Made by a program: the position numbers and the translations under genes
Origin: a virus
IMG/VR virus record: IMGVR_UViG_3300027747_002198
Location: 64,001-128,000 of that record
Length of the DNA: 64,000 nt
Direction: 5' to 3' (one strand)
The notes under the pieces: generated by a model
Seen by the model: the letters and a program-made list of their open reading frames with translations, nothing else
What the model was told of the DNA's origin: nothing
Database searches by the model: none
Shown here: positions 19,668 to 25,415 of the stretch, piece after piece
Layout of the letters: every line of letters begins with the position of its first letter
Numbering within the stretch: the stretch's first letter is position 1

Positions 19668-19833
19668 TTGGTTAATGTATTCGGGTTGTAATATTACTTT
19701 GAAACTAAATCCATTTCATTGGAGAATTTCCTTTAAATATAATAAAACAAATGAAGTATGGGAACAAGATGCTTTAGTAATTGAGCTATTGCCCATCACA
19801 ATTCGTATTTGGTTTGATAATGGTGAATGGTAA
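19660..19833 (+). CDS. hypothetical protein (57 aa)
   Basis: AAGGA RBS; MIDWLMYSGCNITLKLNPFHWRI...WFDNGEW fills the gap between neighbours. Confidence 0.55.
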   Translation: MIDWLMYSGCNITLKLNPFHWRISFKYNKTNEVWEQDALVIELLPITIRIWFDNGEW

Positions 19834-20435
19834 TGATACCAAGAAAAATAAACAATTTTCTCGATAAAGAAAATTTAGAATTACATTTTTTAAAAGATAT
19901 TGTTGATAATGATAGGCGTCTGCGTTTTGGTGGTTCTCTTAGTGATGATGCTATTAAAACATATTTAAAATCTTCTTTTGTGGATTTTGGTATTAACAAT
20001 ATGTGGTTCATTATTGATGTGGAATCACCAGAAACTTTTGGTCGTAAAGTTGTAGCTACTTGCCATGTGAATTATGATTACCGAACAAATACAGCTGAAT
20101 TAGGATTAACTGTTAGTACCGATTATCGTAACCAAAAAATTGGCCAAGAACTGTATAATCGGGGAGTTACATGGGCTCGAATGAAAGGAGCTGAAATTAT
20201 CTTCATGCATTGTTTATCCGAAAATACTACAATGCAACACATTGCTCGTAAGAATGGTATGTCAGTAGTTACGATTGATCCTACAGAAAAACAATCTTCA
20301 ATTAAGGTTGCTAAGAATCCAATTACTGCCGGATATGAAGATACTATCTATGAACAGATGGCTGTTTTTGATATGGTTGTAAGAAACCAAAAATGGTTTT
20401 TTAAGAGTTTTATGAAAGCATTTGGTGTAAAATAA
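19833..20435 (+). CDS. GNAT-family acetyltransferase
   Basis: AELGLTVSTDYRNQKIGQEL acetyl-CoA motif A; CLSENTTMQHIARKNG. Confidence 0.8.
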   Translation: MIPRKINNFLDKENLELHFLKDIVDNDRRLRFGGSLSDDAIKTYLKSSFVDFGINNMWFIIDVESPETFGRKVVATCHVNYDYRTNTAELGLTVSTDYRNQKIGQELYNRGVTWARMKGAEIIFMHCLSENTTMQHIARKNGMSVVTIDPTEKQSSIKVAKNPITAGYEDTIYEQMAVFDMVVRNQKWFFKSFMKAFGVK

Positions 20436-21002
20436 ATGTTTATAAAATTAAAAAACAAATTTATCGTTGATGGAAATAAATTCAATACAGGTAATGAAAT
20501 AGTTAATTATGGTTATAATGTTGATGGCCAATTTAAAGGAATTTCATATTTTAAAGTTGAGGGAAATATCTTTCAGGAAGTTTTAAAAGTTGTTCCGGAA
20601 AGGTATAGAAAAAATTTTGCAATTTCATATATGAAAATTAACGATTTGGTTCCTGCACACACAGATAATAATATATTAACTTCTATTAATTTTTATATTA
20701 AGCCTGGAAATTGTTTGACTCAATTTTATGAACTTAAATATAAAAATATAATTAAAAAAAAACATCCAAGTACAATTAAAAATTATATTGCCGGTGATGG
20801 ATTAACTTTTGATGAAAAAGATTTAAATCCAACGAAAAGTTTTATTGCTGAAGAAAATGACGTGTGGTTATTGGATGTTACAAAACCACATGCAGTTAAA
20901 CCTTTAGGAGAAAATACGGAAAGAATTGCAATTACAGTAGCTTCATTAATTTATGATTATAATTTGGTATGTAAAATGTTAAAAGAAACCGGTAATTTAT
21001 AA
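20436..21002 (+). CDS. cupin / 2OG-Fe(II) oxygenase-like protein
   Basis: PAHTD, WLLDVTKPHAV, ERIAI (HxD...H...R). Confidence 0.55.
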   Translation: MFIKLKNKFIVDGNKFNTGNEIVNYGYNVDGQFKGISYFKVEGNIFQEVLKVVPERYRKNFAISYMKINDLVPAHTDNNILTSINFYIKPGNCLTQFYELKYKNIIKKKHPSTIKNYIAGDGLTFDEKDLNPTKSFIAEENDVWLLDVTKPHAVKPLGENTERIAITVASLIYDYNLVCKMLKETGNL

Positions 21003-21628
21003 TGGAAAGTTTTAGAACTTTTACCATGTACGGAACATCAGAATCAAACACTTCAATTCAAGTTATGGTCGATGGTGTTATTTGTAAAAATGGAGTAGTT
21101 GAGGGTAATAACTTATTTTCTTTTCAGAATAATGTTAAAACCCACGGCAAAGTAGAAGTCAAAATACAGGTAAATAGTGGTAGTATAACACTTGGAAAAA
21201 CCATGGTAACATATCCTACATTATATGCAAAAAATGCATTTGCAAAATATAACAAAGGAACGATAACTTTTCCACAACCTTTTCAATCAAAATATGTATT
21301 TAATTCTGGTATATTAACTAAATTTGATCCGAATACAATTACCATAAAAGACCATTTTCAATTTGACCATGTAACATTTAATGGTCCTAATAATTTTTTA
21401 TTGTTATCAGAGAATGATTTGGAACCAAATTTAAATTTAGATAATTTTTATTTTTATAATAGTGATGATAGTAAAAATTTAAAAATTTTACCAATCTATA
21501 ATTATAAAAATGTTTATGTAAGTTGGTCATCAAAACAAGATAATTTAAAGTGTTTAGATATATTATTAACTGAAATATATGGAACATTTGGGCCGGTAGC
21601 TCAGTTGGTTAGAGCAGAGGACTCATAA
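21002..21628 (+). CDS. hypothetical protein, 3' end overlaps tRNA
   Basis: 208-aa very AT-rich ORF; stop lies in the tRNA anticodon loop. Confidence 0.55.
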   Translation: MESFRTFTMYGTSESNTSIQVMVDGVICKNGVVEGNNLFSFQNNVKTHGKVEVKIQVNSGSITLGKTMVTYPTLYAKNAFAKYNKGTITFPQPFQSKYVFNSGILTKFDPNTITIKDHFQFDHVTFNGPNNFLLLSENDLEPNLNLDNFYFYNSDDSKNLKILPIYNYKNVYVSWSSKQDNLKCLDILLTEIYGTFGPVAQLVRAEDS

Positions 21629-21666
21629 TCCTTTGGTCGAAGGTTCAAATCCTTCTCGGCCCACCA
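21590..21666 (+). tRNA. tRNA with CAT anticodon, probably Ile2 (lysidine-type)
   Basis: Full cloverleaf GGGCCGG...TCGGCCC-ACCA, loop CTCATAA; body resembles bacterial tRNA-Ile2 rather than Met. Confidence 0.85.
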
Positions 21667-21690
21667 TAAATAATACAAAAAAGGAAAAAG

Positions 21691-22053
21691 ATGGAACATT
21701 GGGGAAAACACCTAATTATCGATGCCAAAGGCTGCGATATACAAAGAGCAAATGATCCAGAATATATCAAACATTTTACCAAAGAATTGGTAAGATTGAT
21801 TGAGATGGTTCCTTTTGGTGAACCACAAGTTGTCCATTTTGCGGATGGTGGCGACAAATCTGGATGGACTATGATACAGTTGATTGAAACATCAAACGTC
21901 ATAGGGCACTTCCTAGACCATAATGGAGACCTTTACCTTGATGTATTCAGTTGTAAAGATTTTTCGGAGCATACGGTTATAGGCGCTTTAAAGATGTTCT
22001 TTTCACCAGGTGAAATTAAACATCAAGTCATTTGGAGAGATGCTCGTAACTAA
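21691..22053 (+). CDS. speD: S-adenosylmethionine decarboxylase proenzyme
   Basis: WGKHLIID, LIETSN (self-cleavage Ser), YLDVFSCK. Confidence 0.8.
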   Translation: MEHWGKHLIIDAKGCDIQRANDPEYIKHFTKELVRLIEMVPFGEPQVVHFADGGDKSGWTMIQLIETSNVIGHFLDHNGDLYLDVFSCKDFSEHTVIGALKMFFSPGEIKHQVIWRDARN

Positions 22054-22122
22054 ATAAGTATGTGTGAGTAGTAACGGATTAATGCAATTATTGGGTCAAC
22101 TTATTAGAAGGAGAGACCTAAA

Positions 22123-22635
22123 ATGCAGTTAAGTATAGTCGGTTGTCCCGATAAAAAACATTTCCGGCCGTATGTTAAAAGAGCGGCGCTATTTTACGCA
22201 CAAGAACTTATAAAACCTAAGATGTTGGAAAACATCTTTTTAAGAATTAAATTCAATAGTAAAATGAATGTATACGGATATGCTGAGATTTTAGAGTATA
22301 ATGAAAGCCGTAAAGCAAGAGAATTTCAAATAGAATTAAATCCAAACATTGGTGCGGCAGAAATATTAAAGTGTTTGGCACATGAAATGACCCATATTAA
22401 ACAATACGCTTACAATGAAACCAACGAAACCTTAACTCGTTGGAAAGGTATAAGAGTTGATTCTGATGTGGTAGATTATTGGGTTCAACCATGGGAAATA
22501 GAAGCATTTGGTAGAGAAGTCGGTCTATTTGCCAAGTTTGCAATTAAAGAAAAACTTTGGGATGTATTTTATGGAGTACAAAATCCTGATGGAGCAATAG
22601 AAATTGAAGAATTAGGTTGGAAAGAGCCTATATAA
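22123..22635 (+). CDS. zinc metallopeptidase-like protein
   Basis: LAHEMTHIKQY (HExxH) and PWEIEA. Confidence 0.7.
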   Translation: MQLSIVGCPDKKHFRPYVKRAALFYAQELIKPKMLENIFLRIKFNSKMNVYGYAEILEYNESRKAREFQIELNPNIGAAEILKCLAHEMTHIKQYAYNETNETLTRWKGIRVDSDVVDYWVQPWEIEAFGREVGLFAKFAIKEKLWDVFYGVQNPDGAIEIEELGWKEPI

Positions 22636-22642
22636 AAGAACA

Positions 22643-22717
22643 ATGAAAAATTTACACATAACAACTTCCAATTATTATAATACATCAGGAACATGGTGTA
22701 GTGGGGTTCGTTTGTAA
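22643..22717 (+). CDS. putative attenuator leader peptide MKNLHITTSNYYNTSGTWCSGVRL
   Basis: 24-codon ORF with one TGG codon; its 3' end forms the 5' arm of an antiterminator. Confidence 0.6.
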   Translation: MKNLHITTSNYYNTSGTWCSGVRL

Positions 22718-22777
22718 ATTTTTAAGTAACACAGATTTATACGAACCCAAGTCTAAACAACTTGGGTTTTTTGTTTT
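22704..22777 (+). promoter_or_regulatory. attenuator: antiterminator (22704-22748) overlapping intrinsic terminator (22744-22777)
   Basis: GGGTTCGT pairs with ACGAACCC; AACCCAAGT-CTAAACA-ACTTGGGTT-TTTTGTTTT shares AACCC. Confidence 0.75.
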
Positions 22778-22781
22778 CCGT

Positions 22782-22855
22782 GGCCTGCTGGTGTAATGGT
22801 AGCACAAGGCACTCCAAACGCCTTGGTCGGGGTTCGATTCCCTGGTGGGACGCCA
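22782..22855 (+). tRNA. trnW: tRNA-Trp(CCA)
   Basis: Cloverleaf, anticodon loop CTCCAAA, TTCGATT T-loop, encoded CCA; weak acceptor stem. Confidence 0.85.
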
Positions 22856-22858
22856 ATG

Positions 22859-22913
22859 ATTGTAAAGTTAAAAAACTTTATTGTAAAGTTATTCGTAGTT
22901 GATTGTAAAGTTA
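22859..22913 (+). repeat. three direct repeats ATTGTAAAGTTA
   Basis: Copies at 22859, 22880 and 22902 (21-22 bp period). Confidence 0.85.
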
Positions 22914-22949
22914 AGGTGTTGTGTGGAAACAACAGTATCAAAATGTTAC

Positions 22950-22978
22950 TTGACAGAAAATAGTTTGTCTAGTATAAT
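22950..22978 (+). promoter_or_regulatory. consensus sigma70 promoter
   Basis: TTGACA-17-TATAAT upstream of tRNA-Tyr. Confidence 0.9.
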
Positions 22979-22990
22979 AGTAGTTCAATT

Positions 22991-23074
22991 GGGGTAGAAG
23001 AATCAACGGTGATTCAGCGGCCTGTAAAGCCGCCGCCTCTGGCATGCTTGGTTCGATCCCAAGATACCCCACCA
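22991..23074 (+). tRNA. trnY: tRNA-Tyr(GTA)
   Basis: GCGGC-CTGTAAA-GCCGC anticodon arm, long variable arm, ACCA end. Confidence 0.88.
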
Positions 23075-23181
23075 GATTGTTGTATCAAGTGTAATGATTG
23101 GGTTGAGGACTTCTCGGCCGACAACAACGGAGGTGGCCGTCCCGTTTACATAACGAGCCCCATATTTTTAAGGAGAGTATT

Positions 23182-23400
23182 ATGAAAAAGAAAAATACTC
23201 CCCAACCTCGGAACTATCTTGTCAAATTGGCATTGTTTCGAAAAGCAGGGAGCCATCGTAAGAGTAACAAAGCAGTAAGGCGTAGTGAGAAGTCAAAAAG
23301 AAGTTATTATAGTGAAGTATACTGCCACTTAATACATATATGTGGAGTCCGGCCGGCGCACCTTCCACGGGTCAGCAATAGGTTCGAAACTATTGTGTAG
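23182..23400 (+). CDS. small basic protein, possibly ArfA-like
   Basis: Strong AAGGAG RBS; PRNYLVKLALFRKAGSHRKSNK core; 3' half overlaps a long RNA stem. Confidence 0.55.
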   Translation: MKKKNTPQPRNYLVKLALFRKAGSHRKSNKAVRRSEKSKRSYYSEVYCHLIHICGVRPAHLPRVSNRFETIV

Positions 23401-23419
23401 TGTGCTTCACTATAATAAT
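23303..23419 (+). ncRNA. structured RNA closed by a 23-bp stem
   Basis: 23303-23325 pairs with 23397-23419 (four G-U pairs); internal GCAATAG-GTTCGAAA-CTATTGT hairpin. Confidence 0.6.
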
Positions 23420-23433
23420 TTTGGTCCGCCAAT

Positions 23434-23508
23434 GCCCTTTTAGCACAGCGGTAGTGCAGTGGTTTTGTAAACCAAAGGTCGGGAGTTCAAATCTCTCAGA
23501 GGGCACCA
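23434..23508 (+). tRNA. trnT: tRNA-Thr(TGT)
   Basis: GCCCTTT...AGAGGGC-ACCA, loop TTTGTAA. Confidence 0.92.
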
Positions 23509-23527
23509 AGTATACCGCACAATGTTC

Positions 23528-23556
23528 TTGACAATGTGTATAAGTAATGTTATAGT
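23528..23556 (+). promoter_or_regulatory. sigma70-type promoter
   Basis: TTGACA-17-TATAGT with extended -10 TG. Confidence 0.75.
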
Positions 23557-23565
23557 ATTGAATAT

Positions 23566-23632
23566 GCGGTGTGTAATAGTACGATGTGAGATACCCTCTT
23601 ATATTATCTGAGCAAAGCAGACCACCGCTCCA
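23566..23632 (+). ncRNA. non-canonical tRNA-Gly-like RNA
   Basis: GCGGTG/CACCGC acceptor with TCCA end, but minimal D arm, long anticodon stem and no TTC T-loop. Confidence 0.6.
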
Positions 23633-23652
23633 AATTTTATTAGGGATTTATA

Positions 23653-23814
23653 ATGGCAACTAAAGATAAAACAAAAAAATCTTCAATGACAACCAAAACA
23701 GGTAAGCCTCGTTTAGGTCCTTTAAATGTTGAACAGTTAACTAAATTATTAGATGGTGCTCGTAAGAAACACAAACCAAAAATTTTGAAAGCAATTGCTC
23801 GAAAAGCAGCATGA
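23653..23814 (+). CDS. small basic protein (53 aa)
   Basis: MATKDKTKK...GKPRLGPLNVEQLTKLL; AGGG RBS. Confidence 0.55.
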   Translation: MATKDKTKKSSMTTKTGKPRLGPLNVEQLTKLLDGARKKHKPKILKAIARKAA

Positions 23815-23912
23815 GTTCAAATACAAATCCTTCTTGGGGCAAAACACTAACCAAGAAAGAATTGTTGGATATGCTTGACAGAATTTATGCCAAGCAAAAA
23901 AAAGAAAAGTAA
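23811..23912 (+). CDS. 33-aa hypothetical protein
   Basis: ATGA overlap with previous stop. Confidence 0.4.
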   Translation: MSSNTNPSWGKTLTKKELLDMLDRIYAKQKKEK

Positions 23913-23916
23913 CCTT

Positions 23917-23990
23917 GCGGGATTAGTTTAATGGTAAAACTACAGATTTCCAATCTGTTGTCATCGGTTCGATTCCGTTATCCCGCTCCA
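23917..23990 (+). tRNA. trnG: tRNA-Gly(TCC)
   Basis: GCGGGAT...ATCCCGC-TCCA, loop TTTCCAA. Confidence 0.93.
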
Positions 23991-23991
23991 T

Positions 23992-24067
23992 TCCTCGATA
24001 GCTCAGTCGGTAGAGCAGCAGACTGTTAATCTGTTGGTCCGTGGTTCAAGTCCACGTTGGGGAGCCA
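23992..24067 (+). tRNA. trnN: tRNA-Asn(GTT)
   Basis: TCCTCGA...TGGGGA-GCCA, loop CTGTTAA. Confidence 0.93.
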
Positions 24068-24267
24068 TTGTTGAGAATGTGTGAAAAAGAGTAAGCAATC
24101 CTAACTGTTAAGGAATATCATCACCCTTGAGGTGTCCATCCGAGATCCGGAGATGACTGCTGGCTGAAGCAGTATGAAAGGTGTAATCAAGGGGAGGTCA
24201 GAGCATAGGACGGGTTAAAGACCGCACCGGCGAGAGCCTTTTAAACATAAAACAGTATTCTCAACAA
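24068..24267 (+). ncRNA. unidentified ~200-nt structured RNA
   Basis: Ends pair (TTGTTGAGAATG/TATTCTCAACAA); internal CCCTTGA/TCAAGGG and ACTGC/GCAGT stems; GC-rich; no long ORF. Confidence 0.55.
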
Positions 24268-24299
24268 TGACTATATACTTTATTACATAAGGAATTGAT

Positions 24300-24554
24300 A
24301 TGATAATCGTAGATGAAATGACACCAACAAAAGATAACATCATTGTGGATCGTATTGCTGGTGAAAAAGAAACAGAATCAGGAATTATTTTAAAATCATC
24401 CGATGGACCAGACCGTGCAAAAGTGATTGCTATTGGTCCTAAAGTTGATGAAGTTGAAGTTGGTGATGAAGTATTACTTAACTGGAATGGTGCAGTGAAA
24501 ATTGCTAATGAACGTTATGTAATCAAAATTGAACACGTTGTTTTAATTTATTAA
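24300..24554 (+). CDS. groES: co-chaperonin GroES-like (gp31 analogue)
   Basis: PTKDNIIV, ETESGIIL mobile loop, AIGPKVDEVEVGDEVL. Confidence 0.85.
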   Translation: MIIVDEMTPTKDNIIVDRIAGEKETESGIILKSSDGPDRAKVIAIGPKVDEVEVGDEVLLNWNGAVKIANERYVIKIEHVVLIY

Positions 24555-24559
24555 TCTTG

Positions 24560-24634
24560 CGCGGAGTAGTTCAGAGGTAGAACGCTGGACTCATAATCCA
24601 GAGGCCGTTGGTTCGATTCCATCCTCCGCAACCA
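24560..24634 (+). tRNA. tRNA-Met(CAT), initiator-like
   Basis: CGCGGAG...CTCCGCA-ACCA with C1:A72 mismatch, loop CTCATAA. Confidence 0.88.
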
Positions 24635-24647
24635 ACAAGGAGATAAT

Positions 24648-24791
24648 ATGAGTGTGGTTAAATCAAATACTAAAAAAGTTCCTAATGTTCCTAATATTAA
24701 AAATATAGGACCAAAACCAAACATCAAACCTAAAGGTCCTGTTGCGGCCAAATCTTCAGCACCAATGCGTAAAAGTGGGAGAGGACGATGA
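24648..24791 (+). CDS. small Lys/Pro-rich protein ending RKSGRGR
   Basis: AAGGAG RBS, 47 aa. Confidence 0.6.
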   Translation: MSVVKSNTKKVPNVPNIKNIGPKPNIKPKGPVAAKSSAPMRKSGRGR

Positions 24792-24934
24792 TACAATCAA
24801 AAGGTGTTGATGAGTCAGATCCAGTAAAGAAACAAGATTCTGAAAATGAAGATGCCGAATTCAAACGAATTGAAGATGAGCAATATCGCCAAAAACAATT
24901 AGAAAAAGTTAGAAACTTGACACGTTGGCCATAA
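24788..24934 (+). CDS. 48-aa hypothetical protein
   Basis: ATGA overlap, GAGG RBS. Confidence 0.5.
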   Translation: MIQSKGVDESDPVKKQDSENEDAEFKRIEDEQYRQKQLEKVRNLTRWP

Positions 24935-25007
24935 TGGCATAAGGCGTATAATACGCCATCAGCATTAGATACACATTATAATCTACCATGTAATCTATGG
25001 GTGTCAT
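24909..25007 (-). CDS. 32-aa hydrophobic peptide
   Basis: Minus strand TAAATA late-like element, GAAAGG RBS, MTPIDYMVDYNVYLMLMAYYTPYAIMANVSSF. Confidence 0.4.
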   Translation of the reverse strand: MTPIDYMVDYNVYLMLMAYYTPYAIMANVSSF

Positions 25008-25099
25008 AATTGAACCTTTCTTTTGGTATATAAGTATTTATCTCTTTACAACCTTTTCTGGTTGTTATATAATAATGAAATATTTTGAAAGGAAATAAC

Positions 25100-25414
25100 A
25101 TGGCAGATATTAAATTATTTAAACTATTCACCAATGAAGAAATCTTGGCTGAAATTGAATCTGAATCTGAAACCGAATATGTATTATCTAATACTGTAGG
25201 CGTTTCAGTTGTTCGTCAAAAAGATGGAACACCAGGTGTTGGTTTTATTCCATTCCCTCTACACGCAGAACAAAAAACAAATTCCACATTTGTATTGAAT
25301 AAGAAAAGTGTATCTTATTCTTATGTTCCTGCTCAAGATTTTATTGATAATTATAATTCTATTTTTGGATCAGGCATCGTCCTTCCACCAGCAAAAACTT
25401 TAATCAAAGGTTAA
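25100..25414 (+). CDS. conserved hypothetical protein preceding DNA polymerase
   Basis: IKLFKLFTNEEILAE, YNSIFGSGIVLP. Confidence 0.7.
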   Translation: MADIKLFKLFTNEEILAEIESESETEYVLSNTVGVSVVRQKDGTPGVGFIPFPLHAEQKTNSTFVLNKKSVSYSYVPAQDFIDNYNSIFGSGIVLPPAKTLIKG

Positions 25415-25415
25415 A

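Noticed and set aside
22859-22913. Possible mini CRISPR array
   Set aside because: Repeats are 12 bp with 9-10 bp spacers, far too short, and there are no cas genes.
22753-22941. Minus-strand 62-aa ORF
   Set aside because: Antisense to tRNA-Trp and the repeats; no independent support.
24551-24796. Minus-strand 81-aa ORF
   Set aside because: Shadow of tRNA-Met and a small + strand gene.
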